DNA of 39,653 nt, taken from the UHGV virus genome UHGV-0213571; one strand, written 5' to 3'. Positions 21,897-31,769 of the stretch are shown here, one piece after another. The stretch's first letter is position 1, and each line of letters opens with the position of its first letter. The notes under the pieces are model-generated. The model searched no databases and was not told the DNA's origin. It saw nothing but the letters and a program-made list of their open reading frames with translations. Origin of the DNA: a virus. The position numbers were made by a program, and so were the translations under genes.

Positions 21897-24175
21897 TGGC
21901 TAAAGCATGGAAAGATGTTATCGCCTCTCCACAGTATCAGGCGTTAGCACCAGAACAAAAAGCGCAGGCTCAGGAGCAATACTTCAATGAAGTCGTGGCC
22001 CCGCAAGCCGGAGAAAATGCAGAGCAGGCAAAACAAGCGTTTTACTCTGCTTACCCTAGAGGTCTGCTAGAGAAGGGTAATATTGACATTCACAATCGGC
22101 CTGTTGTTAAAAACTCTGATGGCAGCATTAGCACTGTGCGGAGCATGTCTACCAATATAGATGGTAGAGAGGTGCTGATTCCTACCGTTAGTGATGATGG
22201 TCGCATTATGTCTGATGATGAAGCTATTGATAACTTCATGAGGACGGGAAAGCATCTTGGTATGTTCGACAATCCTGACGATGCCACTGCATATGCGGAG
22301 AGTCTGCACAACCAGCAAGCTGATGAATACCTCCCTGGGAAGAATCAAGCTACACAACAGCCTGCACAGCAAAGTACACAGGCAGCGCCACAGCAGCAAG
22401 GAGGTTTCATTTCCAACCTTGGCAATGCCGCGGCTGAAACTGGTCGCGGACTGGTGCAGGCTGGCGTGAACGTGGCAAACATACCTGCATCAGTTGCAGA
22501 TGCTGTAACAAGCGCGGCGGCTTGGGCTGGCGGTAAACTCGGCATTGGCGATGGTACATATCAACCAGCGCCACGAGTAACAACGCAGGGATTAGAGCAG
22601 GACTTTGGCCTTCAGCAAGGCGCGCTGACTCCACAAACGACAGAGGGAAGGGTGTTTGCTGAAGCATTGCCTTACCTCACTCCTGCTGGCGTTGAGAGAG
22701 CGGCGGTACAGGCGCCAACACTTGCTGGTCGAATTGCTCAGGGTGCAACTCGCCTTCTAGCAGAAAACGCAGTTGGATCACTTGCTGCAAACAGTGCGAA
22801 AGATGATGCGGAAGCACTCGCCACCGATTTAGGCGTTGGTGTGCTGGCTGGCGGTGCTATTAACGCTGCCGGACGTGGATTAGGTGCTGCTTATCGTGGT
22901 GTTCGTGGTTCGATAGCACCAGAAGCTCAACAGGCTATCAGGTTTGCAGAGCGTGAAGGAGTTCCTCTGCACACCACAGACCTGTTACAGCCTACTTCCC
23001 GCGTCGGGAAAATAGCGCAGACTACAGCAGAAAATATCCCCCTGGCTGGCACAAGCGGAATGAGAGCAACGCAACAGGAAGCGAGAAGCCAGTTGGTGCA
23101 GAGATTTGCCGATAAATTCGGTGAGTATGATCCAGCGGTTGTTATTGACAGCCTTAAGGCGAAAACATCAGGAATTCGTCGTGCCGCCGGTAATCGACTG
23201 GAGCAGGTTCAGAATGCTATGGCTGGAGTAAACATTCAGCCTGCGCGAGCAATTCAGCAGATTGATACAGAAATATCTAATCTGCAGAAGCTTGGTAAGG
23301 TCGCAGATAACGAGACTATTTCAAAACTTCAGTCCTATCGTGATGAGCTTGTTCGCAATGCTGGTCCTGATGGTCCGGTAAATCTGGATTTGAAGCAATT
23401 AAGCGATCTGCGCAGCCAGTTCAGAATGGACGTGAAGGGGGAACGACCAGTGTTGCCAAACCGTTCCGATGCTGCCATTCAGCGCGTTTACAAGGCGATG
23501 ACAGACGATATCAATGGTGCCATTGGTCAGAATCTTGGCAACGATACTCTCCGTAAATATCAGCAGGCCAATGCCGTCTACGCTGACGAAGCGGCGAAAC
23601 TAAAGAATACCAGGCTGAAGAATGTTCTCATGAAAGGCGACCTGACGCCGGAAGTTGTCAACAACATGCTATTCAGCAAGAACAAATCGGAAATTAAGAC
23701 GCTGTATAACTCAGTTGGTCGTGTTGGCAGGGCGCAAATGCGCAATGGCATCATTGGAAAGGCGATGGAGAAATCAGGTGGTTCCCCTGACCAGTTCCTT
23801 CGACAGCTTAACACCCTGCAAAACCAGACTGGCATCACATTTAAGGGGCAGGACGCTGCTTATCTGAAAGGATTGAAAAATTACCTTCAGTCCACTCAGC
23901 AGGCAGCAAAAGCGGCAGTAACAACACCAACAGGGCAGCAAACCATCCCGTTCATTATCGGGTATGGGACGGCAATGAACCCGGCGACAACTGGCGCAGC
24001 AGTAAGCTACGGACTTCTTACTCGCGCCTATGAGAGCGAACCATTCAGAAATGCAATGCTCCGAATGGCAAACACCCCACGCGGATCAACAGCCTTTGAG
24101 AAAGCAATGCAGCAGGCACAAAAGGCAATTAACGCTCTGACGCAGGGGGCTAAGTCTGATGCGTTGTCAGAATAG
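21896..24175 (+). CDS. Ejection / DNA-transfer protein, P22 gp16-like (larger than P22 gp16)
   Basis: 759 aa, position before tailspike, Ala/Gln-rich. Confidence 0.6.
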   Translation: MAKAWKDVIASPQYQALAPEQKAQAQEQYFNEVVAPQAGENAEQAKQAFYSAYPRGLLEKGNIDIHNRPVVKNSDGSISTVRSMSTNIDGREVLIPTVSDDGRIMSDDEAIDNFMRTGKHLGMFDNPDDATAYAESLHNQQADEYLPGKNQATQQPAQQSTQAAPQQQGGFISNLGNAAAETGRGLVQAGVNVANIPASVADAVTSAAAWAGGKLGIGDGTYQPAPRVTTQGLEQDFGLQQGALTPQTTEGRVFAEALPYLTPAGVERAAVQAPTLAGRIAQGATRLLAENAVGSLAANSAKDDAEALATDLGVGVLAGGAINAAGRGLGAAYRGVRGSIAPEAQQAIRFAEREGVPLHTTDLLQPTSRVGKIAQTTAENIPLAGTSGMRATQQEARSQLVQRFADKFGEYDPAVVIDSLKAKTSGIRRAAGNRLEQVQNAMAGVNIQPARAIQQIDTEISNLQKLGKVADNETISKLQSYRDELVRNAGPDGPVNLDLKQLSDLRSQFRMDVKGERPVLPNRSDAAIQRVYKAMTDDINGAIGQNLGNDTLRKYQQANAVYADEAAKLKNTRLKNVLMKGDLTPEVVNNMLFSKNKSEIKTLYNSVGRVGRAQMRNGIIGKAMEKSGGSPDQFLRQLNTLQNQTGITFKGQDAAYLKGLKNYLQSTQQAAKAAVTTPTGQQTIPFIIGYGTAMNPATTGAAVSYGLLTRAYESEPFRNAMLRMANTPRGSTAFEKAMQQAQKAINALTQGAKSDALSE

Positions 24176-24339
24176 CTGTGCAAACACTAGGAAAGTGCAA
24201 AAACCAAATATGTAGAACGCAATATTCAGCATATCTCTTTGCATAGACTCATCTCATAATTAACAAACCATAACTGACATTAGTGCAATGCTTGGCAAGT
24301 TGCATCTTGTCCGGTATTGCTACGTCCGGAGCAAATTAA

Positions 24340-26316
24340 ATGACAGACATTACAGCCAATGTTGTAGTAAGTATGCCATCGCAACTCTTCACTATGGCTC
24401 GTTCTTTTAAAGCAGTTGCCAATGGCAAAATTTATATCGGTAAAATTGACACTGACCCGGTAAATCCTGAAAACCAGATTCAGGTTTATGTAGAAAACGA
24501 AGATGGTTCTCATGTTCCTGTTTCGCAACCAATAATCATTAACGCTGCTGGTTACCCTGTATATAACGGACAGATTGCCAAATTCGTAACTGTGCAAGGC
24601 CATTCTATGGCTGTATATGATGCATATGGCGTACAGCAATTTTACTATCCAAACGTATTGAAGTATGACCCTGATCAGTTAAGGCAGGAGCTTGAAGGAG
24701 ATAAAGGTTTTTTAATCCCTGGTGGTCAGCAGGAAAGATTTTATGACCTACGCGCATTTGTTGAGCCAGGAGACCCAGCAGCTCCAGACTACACGCAGGC
24801 TTTCAAACGCGCCATCGCCTCTGGTAACGGACGAGTTTTTGTCAACGTTCCAGTGGAATTTACAGAAGATCTGACTATCCCGGCTAAGTTCCGCGTAGAT
24901 ATTGGTGAATGTGGTTATCTGTACACTAACTCAGCAAAAGTACGCATTGAAGGATTTATCAATACTATCGGGGGTAATGATCCGTATCGCGGTTACATCC
25001 ATCCATTTGGCGTTGACTCGTCAACAGTGGCGGGTATTTACACGATGCCTGTAACACTCATGGTTCCGGAAGATTACCGGACCATTCAGGAAGCAATTGA
25101 CGATATCCCAAATAATTATTGGCAGAGAATTATTATCTCAATTGCACCAGGAACTTATGATGAAGACATTGTAATCAGAAGCAAGAGGGGGTGCACACCT
25201 CTATTCCCACCTAGCGCATCGCAACAAGCAAACATAAAAGTAACAAGCAGAACAGGAATATATAGTGATGTGAATGTAAGATCTGCTCAGGTTTTTAATT
25301 GCGGTGGTACACCTTATTCCCCATCTTTTGAACAAATAAACTTCACAAATAGGACCCATTCTGATGAGAATGCATCCGTTGAATTCTATGGCTGCCCTAG
25401 CGGGGCTGTATATGGCTGTGGATTTAAAGGTGTCGGAGTTGAAAAATGTATCGAAGCATACAATAGCATTATTTCATCTGAATCCTGTCACTTCGGAGAT
25501 GAAATAAATGATTATGCTTATGTCGTAAAACATGGCGGGATAATACAAGCAAATAGCACGCAACTTGGTAATCTTCCTGTAACCAGCGGAATACTTAAGA
25601 AGTATATAGCATGGGGTATTGGAGGGCAAATAATTGCCAGCGACTTTAGCCCGCTAATTGGGCTTATGGGGGTATCTATATCTGACGGTGTTAATGCAGG
25701 TTTGATTTATGAAATATCTTCTAAGACTATAACCGGGGTAAACTGGTTTTCAAGAATGGACAACACAAGGTATCACACATTCTTTGAATCATATGATAAG
25801 TTTACTAATTTAACATCACAACCCGCAGACCAGATAACATATTTCCCGGAAAATGGGTTGTATATGCAGGCATCGAGTTCGGGAGTTGTTGAGCATAAAA
25901 TCACAAGGGGACACAGGCTAAGATATAAATTTGAAAACTCAAATTATAGAGCATTCTCTATCGCTCTATCGATAAACTCTGCTGCTACTGGTTTAATAGT
26001 TTCAGGCTCTGTTGATTCAGGTGATTATTTTGGGTTTAGAGTGTTATCTGGAGTTTTGAAAGGGGTTGTGTCTGTCTCAGGAAATGAGACAGTAATAGAT
26101 CTTTCACCCCCTGGGACACGAGCAGCGTACACTGCGAAGTATAGCGGAAGGGGTAATATACAAGGATCTGGAATGATTCAATTTTACAAGGATGATTTGT
26201 TGATAGGGTATATTTCAGGGAAGAAAGTAAATTCTTTCGATTCAACTATATTTGACGCAAGAATAACATCTGGGTCAATAACAATGCATGAATTAGAATT
26301 TGTAAGCAGCAATTAG
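24340..26316 (+). CDS. Tailspike protein: conserved N-terminal head-binding domain plus divergent receptor-binding domain
   Basis: N-terminus [11 protein letters not shown]...[27 protein letters not shown]...[12 protein letters not shown]...VLKYDPDQ matches remembered P22 tailspike head-binding domain; remainder unrelated and visibly AT-rich. Confidence 0.85.
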   Translation: MTDITANVVVSMPSQLFTMARSFKAVANGKIYIGKIDTDPVNPENQIQVYVENEDGSHVPVSQPIIINAAGYPVYNGQIAKFVTVQGHSMAVYDAYGVQQFYYPNVLKYDPDQLRQELEGDKGFLIPGGQQERFYDLRAFVEPGDPAAPDYTQAFKRAIASGNGRVFVNVPVEFTEDLTIPAKFRVDIGECGYLYTNSAKVRIEGFINTIGGNDPYRGYIHPFGVDSSTVAGIYTMPVTLMVPEDYRTIQEAIDDIPNNYWQRIIISIAPGTYDEDIVIRSKRGCTPLFPPSASQQANIKVTSRTGIYSDVNVRSAQVFNCGGTPYSPSFEQINFTNRTHSDENASVEFYGCPSGAVYGCGFKGVGVEKCIEAYNSIISSESCHFGDEINDYAYVVKHGGIIQANSTQLGNLPVTSGILKKYIAWGIGGQIIASDFSPLIGLMGVSISDGVNAGLIYEISSKTITGVNWFSRMDNTRYHTFFESYDKFTNLTSQPADQITYFPENGLYMQASSSGVVEHKITRGHRLRYKFENSNYRAFSIALSINSAATGLIVSGSVDSGDYFGFRVLSGVLKGVVSVSGNETVIDLSPPGTRAAYTAKYSGRGNIQGSGMIQFYKDDLLIGYISGKKVNSFDSTIFDARITSGSITMHELEFVSSN

Positions 26317-26367
26317 GTTAAGTTTAACATTCAGGGTGAGTAATATTATTACCCACCCTGAAATAAA

Positions 26368-27528
26368 TCAGTACACCTCTTTCCACGAATGCTGGAATAT
26401 TGTCTCGTATGGATAGAATAAATCAGGGTGATTATTAAATCCATATATCAGTCTTGAAATTAAATACAAAACAATAACGCTGTAAATTATAAATATTCCA
26501 GCATTCTTCCTAAACCTATAAAGAACAGATGAAACAAGAAATATCTCTGATGCAGAGTAATACATTGCTAATCTGCTAAAAACAGGATGAACAGAATCAA
26601 GCAACATAAACATTATTGAACTAAACGCAAACAGATTAAACATACCTCTTATGGTACGACCTTCATCATCGTTACGCATTCCATAAGTCGCCCATGCAAA
26701 AACAACAACGAATAATATTCTCTTAGCGTATCCTATTGCTCTTCTTACCTCGCTAGGAATCTCACTAAATGCGTTTAAATCTTGAAGAGCTAGATATCTA
26801 GTTATTTTCATGCTAATAAAAGACGGAAGATAACTTGTCATCAAGCCAAGTATATTGGCAGCGCCAAAAAGCATTGATATTATAGCGGCAATGCAAGTTA
26901 TTAATATTATCCTACTAATACTTGATTTCATTTTGAAAATCAAGTAAGCAGGGATAAACACTAACGCTGTTATATGAAAACCGGATGCAACAATAACGCA
27001 AAAGATAAACTTTGCTTTTGATTGTTCATTTTGTGTTATATATCTAAGTGAAAATATCGTTATCGCTATAGCTATTCCTTGCCTGACTGTAAACATATCC
27101 ATTGAATAAAAGGCCATTGATGCCAATATACATATAAGAGGATACCTTGAAATTTTAAAAAATGTTGAATACTTTAACACAACAACTATTGTTGCTATTA
27201 TAAATAGATAAATTGTGTAAGAGTCATATATATATTTTGATATGAAATTAACAAGAAGAAATAATGTCTCATATCCTTGAGACATGAAAATTTCAAAATT
27301 ATCACTATATGAGAATATATTAAGGTATGGCTCCCAGTCAGTACCTGTTCTCCATCTTATTCCGGCAAATATTATTGTTAATATTCCTATAAATGTAGCG
27401 ATTATTTTTTTATACACAATAGGAGTTTTTAATAAATCGCATGTTGCAACAAAAGAAGCAAATAAGAAGAATAAATAGTATATCATATTTATCACGGTTG
27501 TTATTAAGTTGGGTCCGGATTGTACCAC
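26368..27528 (-). CDS. Polytopic membrane protein, putative O-antigen polymerase (Wzy/EpsG family) — candidate serotype-conversion gene
   Basis: 386 aa, about 10 hydrophobic segments, AT-rich; N-terminal R-x-x-TGTDW-x-x-Y motif (IRWRTGTDWEPYLNIF) resembles EpsG/Wzy signature; sits in the tailspike-int conversion slot; alternative start at 27486. Confidence 0.55.
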   Translation of the reverse strand: MVQSGPNLITTVINMIYYLFFLFASFVATCDLLKTPIVYKKIIATFIGILTIIFAGIRWRTGTDWEPYLNIFSYSDNFEIFMSQGYETLFLLVNFISKYIYDSYTIYLFIIATIVVVLKYSTFFKISRYPLICILASMAFYSMDMFTVRQGIAIAITIFSLRYITQNEQSKAKFIFCVIVASGFHITALVFIPAYLIFKMKSSISRIILITCIAAIISMLFGAANILGLMTSYLPSFISMKITRYLALQDLNAFSEIPSEVRRAIGYAKRILFVVVFAWATYGMRNDDEGRTIRGMFNLFAFSSIMFMLLDSVHPVFSRLAMYYSASEIFLVSSVLYRFRKNAGIFIIYSVIVLYLISRLIYGFNNHPDLFYPYETIFQHSWKEVY

Positions 27529-27658
27529 TATGGCTACTCACGATCGATATCTATAGCATTGAATGCGATAAAAATTCTACATGATGCCAATTATATGCAT
27601 AAAATTTTTAATTGTACCTTTTGTTACTATTCGCAACAAAAGTATTATTGTGTGTTAT

Positions 27659-28819
27659 TTATTCTTCGCGTTTTTCATCAAGCCAGTCCGCCCACCACTG
27701 CATCATTTCTCTGCGCTTATCTAGATACTGAGCATGGTTGTAAATTCCACGCACAGATCCGCCGTTGGCATGTGCCAGTTGCACTTCAATAGCGTCAGCA
27801 GGCCATTCGTGCTCGTTCATAATCGTGCTGAATTCATGCCTGAATCCGTGACCGCTTTCCAGACCTTCATAGCCGATTTGTTTGATCACAAGTAGCACCG
27901 CGTTCTCGCAGATTGGCTTCTTCTTATCGTTGCGCCCGGCAAAAACAAACTCTGATACTGGTTTAGTGATGGAGCTTAGCGTAGTGAGAAGTTCAACCAC
28001 CTGGTCCGACATCGGAACCACATGAATCTTGCGTCCCTTCATCACACTGGCGTCGATGGTGATAATCCTGTTTTCAAAATCGACGTTCTTCCATAGCATG
28101 GAACGAAGCTCTTTTGTTCTGAGGGCTGTGTAGCGTAAAACTTTGGTCGCAATGAGCGATACGATACTTCCTGAAAATGTTGCCAGTGCTTTGTTGAATG
28201 CCGGGATCTGGTCTGCAGGAAGAAACGGGAAGTTTTTCTTGCGGTATCCCTTCATGGCGTCAGCAAGGTCAGGTGCCGGGTTATATTTAGCCCTACCAGT
28301 GACAATAGCGTAACGGAAAACCTCGCCGCATCTTCTGCGGGCTTTGTTGGCTCGCTCCATTGCCCCGCGATCTTCAAATCTGCGGATTACTTCCAGCAGT
28401 TGCATCGGCTCAATATCTTGAATTTCAATGCCGCCGATGATAGGTAAAATGTCGTCATCAAACATTTTTGCAAGTTCAGTCGCATACCCTACTGACCATA
28501 CTTGCTTCTTGTGCTCGTACCATTCTTTGTAAATCGCAATAAAGGAATTGTTGTTAGACGAAGCCTTTTTCGCCTTTACCGGATCGATGCCAACCGAGAT
28601 GTCTTTCCTCGCAGTCCATGCTTTATCCCTTGCCTCCTGCAAAGTCATAAGCGGATATTTTCCGACAGTCAGGATTTTCTCCTTACCGTCAATCTTGTAG
28701 CGAAGCTGCCATACCTTTTTCCCGGATACAGGGACATAAAGGTACAGGCCATTACCATCGAGAAGGCGGTATGGTTTTTCTTTCGGCTTAGCTGCTTCAA
28801 TCTGCTTAACGGTGAGCAT
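27659..28819 (-). CDS. int: Tyrosine integrase (P4-type, with N-terminal arm-binding domain)
   Basis: N-terminus MLTVKQIEAAKPKEKPYRLLDGNGLYLYV and C-terminal catalytic region (HGFRHEF...GIYNHAQY); ORF track extends to GTG at 28855 but ATG 28819 matches typical N-terminus. Confidence 0.85.
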   Translation of the reverse strand: MLTVKQIEAAKPKEKPYRLLDGNGLYLYVPVSGKKVWQLRYKIDGKEKILTVGKYPLMTLQEARDKAWTARKDISVGIDPVKAKKASSNNNSFIAIYKEWYEHKKQVWSVGYATELAKMFDDDILPIIGGIEIQDIEPMQLLEVIRRFEDRGAMERANKARRRCGEVFRYAIVTGRAKYNPAPDLADAMKGYRKKNFPFLPADQIPAFNKALATFSGSIVSLIATKVLRYTALRTKELRSMLWKNVDFENRIITIDASVMKGRKIHVVPMSDQVVELLTTLSSITKPVSEFVFAGRNDKKKPICENAVLLVIKQIGYEGLESGHGFRHEFSTIMNEHEWPADAIEVQLAHANGGSVRGIYNHAQYLDKRREMMQWWADWLDEKREE

Positions 28820-29074
28820 GGGTAAAAATCCGGTGGGTAAAATTATTTTATCCACTTTTTACCCGTCATGGAGTGCGGCTGTCAACGATCTGACGCGAAC
28901 CATTACGAACTGTGCATCTACAGAAGGCTTGATATTCAGGGGATTTTGCGGACTGGTACGGATGGGAGCGAACTGATAAATGGTGTCCCCTGCAGACATC
29001 TACTTGGCGCGGCAGGGGATTGATTGGAATGATGTTTTTTAGATGTGAAAAATATTTTACCCGCTATTTTACCC
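28820..29074. repeat. Cluster of five 8-mer repeats (GGGTAAAA / TTTTACCC) flanking the candidate att core; candidate Int arm-type binding sites
   Basis: Copies at 28820-28827, 28835-28842 (GGGTAAAA) and 28857-28864, 29055-29062, 29067-29074 (TTTTACCC). Confidence 0.4.
28981..28995 (-). other. Candidate attP core: 15-nt identity to the 3' end of tRNA-Arg(CCU) argW (CTGCAGGGGACACCA incl. CCA) on minus strand
   Basis: Plus-strand TGGTGTCCCCTGCAG is the reverse complement of the remembered argW 3' terminus; located between int and xis with flanking arm-like repeats. Confidence 0.5.
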
Positions 29075-29269
29075 ATTGGCGCGGCTTAAGAGCTTATTTT
29101 TGAATTCACAATGGTCACGATATAACCATCTTGCTCGTCCGTGGATAACTTTGGCTTTTGGCAGGTCGCCGGACTTAATCCGGTCGTAGATGAAGGTTTT
29201 ACCGAAGCCAGTATCGGCCATGATGAATTTCAAATCAACCAGTGAATCAGGCTGTAGTTCGTGTTGCAT
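29069..29269 (-). CDS. xis: Excisionase / AlpA-family DNA-binding protein
   Basis: 66 aa with HTH (MADTGFGKTFIYDRIKSGDLP) resembling AlpA/Xis family; directly upstream of int. Confidence 0.65.
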   Translation of the reverse strand: MQHELQPDSLVDLKFIMADTGFGKTFIYDRIKSGDLPKAKVIHGRARWLYRDHCEFKNKLLSRANG

Positions 29270-29288
29270 GAGTGCTATCTCCGAATAG

Positions 29289-29304
29289 GGAATCGAACCT
29301 GCAA
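29289..29304 (-). other. tRNA T-arm-like fragment (TTGCAGGTTCGATTCC on minus strand) matching tRNA-Arg argW positions about 46-62
   Basis: Contains canonical GGTTCGATTCC T-loop motif; not part of an intact tRNA (no acceptor pairing). Confidence 0.45.
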
Positions 29305-29310
29305 ATCAGG

Positions 29311-29336
29311 CAATAAAAAACCGCATTGATGCGGCG
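29311..29336 (-). terminator. Rho-independent terminator (minus strand) downstream of early-left gene
   Basis: Minus-strand CCGCA-TCAA-TGCGG hairpin followed by TTTTTT. Confidence 0.45.
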
Positions 29337-29391
29337 ATGGTAGGTCTGGATATCTTGATAAATGAAAATGCCTCATCGAGTGTGAGGCGGG

Positions 29392-29763
29392 TTAGTCCTT
29401 GCGTAGCTCGCTGATTCTTCTGTAAGTCTCTGGTGCTTTGTTCCCGTACGTCTTCATTTCAGACTTCAACAGAGCAACGAGTGAATCCCATTCGTTGAGG
29501 ATTCCTTTGAATGCCGGAACGCGCTTTGCAACCTTGTCGAATGAATCTCTGATTTCTGGAATCTGCTCAACAAGTGCAACGCATCGTCGGAAATCTGCTG
29601 CGTCATGTGGAGCGCCGAAGTGATGACCATAGATATTCTTTTTCAGTCCACATGCGATTGAGGCAAGAGTTGCGCTACTGATGCCGACATCGCCAGTCGA
29701 TTGCCATTTCAAAACCTTCATAGCCAAATCTGACATTTCTTGTCTCCAATAAAAAACCGCCAT
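29392..29763 (-). CDS. Hypothetical early protein
   Basis: 123-aa ORF in early-left operon; no recognisable domain; start may be internal (MSDLAM...). Confidence 0.5.
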   Translation of the reverse strand: MAVFYWRQEMSDLAMKVLKWQSTGDVGISSATLASIACGLKKNIYGHHFGAPHDAADFRRCVALVEQIPEIRDSFDKVAKRVPAFKGILNEWDSLVALLKSEMKTYGNKAPETYRRISELRKD

Positions 29764-29836
29764 CAGGCGGCTTGGTGTTCTTTCAGTTCTTCAATTCGAA
29801 TATTGGTTACATTGTTTTCATATATGAATAAATAAA

Positions 29837-30049
29837 TTAGCTTTTTTCGTTGCCTTCGCTTTCTTTATTAATTTTGACAAACTCGTTTTTACCACGCTCT
29901 CCAAATGCGTCTTTAGAGTCGTTGTATCCGCAATCGCAGCACACATAATCATCAGACCATCCACGCATTGTTTTTTCTTTTGCAATATTTCCAGAACCGC
30001 ATTTTGGACAAGACATATCACTACCTCCAAAGCATGAGTGAGATGACAA
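29837..30049 (-). CDS. Small zinc-ribbon protein
   Basis: CPKC...CCDC motif pair; start may be internal (MSCPKCG). Confidence 0.45.
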   Translation of the reverse strand: MSSHSCFGGSDMSCPKCGSGNIAKEKTMRGWSDDYVCCDCGYNDSKDAFGERGKNEFVKINKESEGNEKS

Positions 30050-30112
30050 CGTAACATTGATTGGAGATTAACAATAGATTGCTGATGTAAAAGATATGTA
30101 TAAGCTTCGCTT

Positions 30113-30766
30113 TCAAAGTGGAGGCTCTGGTAGCGGCATCCAGTGTGACGGCTCACATACCCCCTCAACACCATTCATGTAAAAGAATTGAAATAACCCT
30201 TTACCTTTGTGAAACCCTACCATCTGCTCTTTAGTGTCTGAGCAATAAACCAAAACATCTTCTTCGTTTGGCATTCGATCACTACAGCTTATCCAACCAT
30301 CAGGAGTTACCGGAGAGTTGCCACCGGGAATATTTTCCGGAATATTTTGTTGTGCGTTTTGTGGTTGTTCGGATTTACCCTGAAGCATGGCGGCGCGGCA
30401 GGCGTTCCAGCCAGCTGTTCGCCCAAGCGCGTAAACTTCAGATGGCTCAAGATAATCAATGTCATGCCCATCCTCATCGTCGTTCTCAGGTAATGCAGCA
30501 GGTACTACCGGTACTGGCGGAGCGGCGTAGACTTCAATAATCCCATTATCAATAGGCCATTCCCCATCCTTGATGTAGTCACTTGTGCCGTCAACTTGCT
30601 GTTCTGCAATGTGGAATGCACCTATTGGTTTTGCTTCCAGCGATGCCAGAGCAATTCGTGCCAGTTCTTCCGCTTCTTCTGCTGGCAGTACAACGTTGCT
30701 ACCAGGTCCGTATGTTTCGCGCCACTGCTTGATTGTCAGCAGTCGCTCTTTGGTTATAGTGGTCAT
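30113..30766 (-). CDS. DUF551-like phage protein
   Basis: C-terminal region (GWISCSDRMP...W.PLPEPP) resembles DUF551 common in lambdoid ea regions. Confidence 0.55.
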   Translation of the reverse strand: MTTITKERLLTIKQWRETYGPGSNVVLPAEEAEELARIALASLEAKPIGAFHIAEQQVDGTSDYIKDGEWPIDNGIIEVYAAPPVPVVPAALPENDDEDGHDIDYLEPSEVYALGRTAGWNACRAAMLQGKSEQPQNAQQNIPENIPGGNSPVTPDGWISCSDRMPNEEDVLVYCSDTKEQMVGFHKGKGLFQFFYMNGVEGVCEPSHWMPLPEPPL

Positions 30767-30972
30767 TTGTTAATCCTCAAAACTTTATGCCCGGGCGCAA
30801 AAGCACGCGTTTTGTCTTTGCTTATTCGCCAGCCATCCTTGCGCGCCTCTTTTGCACAGCCAGCCCATGACGTACCTATATACTCACCGAAGTCTGGCGA
30901 CTTATATTTGCCATCTGTACACTGGAGGCAATCACAATAGAGATGCATGGTGTAACTTGCAGCGATAGCCAT
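30763..30972 (-). CDS. Hypothetical small Cys-rich protein
   Basis: ORF with ATGA coupling to downstream gene; start chosen at MAIAASY... Confidence 0.4.
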   Translation of the reverse strand: MAIAASYTMHLYCDCLQCTDGKYKSPDFGEYIGTSWAGCAKEARKDGWRISKDKTRAFAPGHKVLRINK

Positions 30973-31337
30973 ATCAGGCTCCTTTAGTGCGCAAGTGGTT
31001 TTTCCAGCGGTTTTGCGCCGCGCTGCGCTTATCTTTGATTCCCTCTCTGGCAATTCCAGAATATAAGTACAACACCACACGGCGATTGCTAACTCTCAAC
31101 CACTGGCTGGGATAGCAACGTCTGTATACACGGGAGATAAGCATCTTTGCCTTACGGTTTTTCATCGCTTTGCTCTCCTGCGTCTCTTTGCTGCTCGTCG
31201 TGCCGCTGCAATACCGGTATGGCGGCGCTTTGGTGCCGGGATGATGTTGTCAGCCATCAGGACATGTGGCTTTGCAATTAGCGCAGGAGCCCAAAAACGA
31301 GTCGGGTACGGTAACAAGCCGATACATGCCACACGCA

Positions 31338-31769
31338 CTACTCACCTCCGTTGATGCGAATGCCAGCGGCACGGGAATCATTCCATCGCTTTACTTCTTC
31401 ACGAATTACGTCAATGCATTCTTTCGAATCCATTAGGTAATCTTCATCAAAAAGCCTTTCCTGTTCGTTTTCTATCGCAACAATGATTGCTTCAACTAAC
31501 TTTTGTGCCTGAGAACCACTTTCTAACTCTGCAATGCGCTTCTCTGCGGCTTCCAGCGCATTTACCAGATCATCAACGGTTCCAGCCGCTTGGCGTGCGT
31601 AATCTGTAATTGCCAGCTCGCATTCAATTTCAGTTCCGTTTTCGTTGGTGTGGCAAATAGCAAAGTAATCGGAGTCGATTTCGTTATCAGCCAAACTCCT
31701 AAGCGTGTCGGCAACCAGCACTCCGTTTTCAATCAGCATCTCTGTTGCGCGTTTGTCGATGTTGCTCAT
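31338..31769 (-). CDS. Hypothetical acidic protein (Ead/Ea22-like module)
   Basis: 143 aa; shares LEAAEKRIAELE coiled-coil motif and a 20-bp identical stretch with the next gene. Confidence 0.55.
   Translation of the reverse strand: MSNIDKRATEMLIENGVLVADTLRSLADNEIDSDYFAICHTNENGTEIECELAITDYARQAAGTVDDLVNALEAAEKRIAELESGSQAQKLVEAIIVAIENEQERLFDEDYLMDSKECIDVIREEVKRWNDSRAAGIRINGGE

Noticed and set aside
22067-22667. Several minus-strand ORFs (66-110 aa) inside the gp16-like gene
   Set aside because: Antisense ORFs in a GC-rich, Ala/Gln-rich coding region; Cys/Arg-rich translations
27529-27658. AT-rich gap between int stop and Wzy-like gene start as attP location
   Set aside because: No tRNA-like or GC-rich core seen there, whereas a tRNA 3'-end match lies between int and xis; more likely holds the conversion gene promoter
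29289-29304. Possible intact tRNA gene around the GGTTCGATTCC motif
   Set aside because: Flanking sequence cannot form acceptor or T stems; it is a fragment, not a functional tRNA
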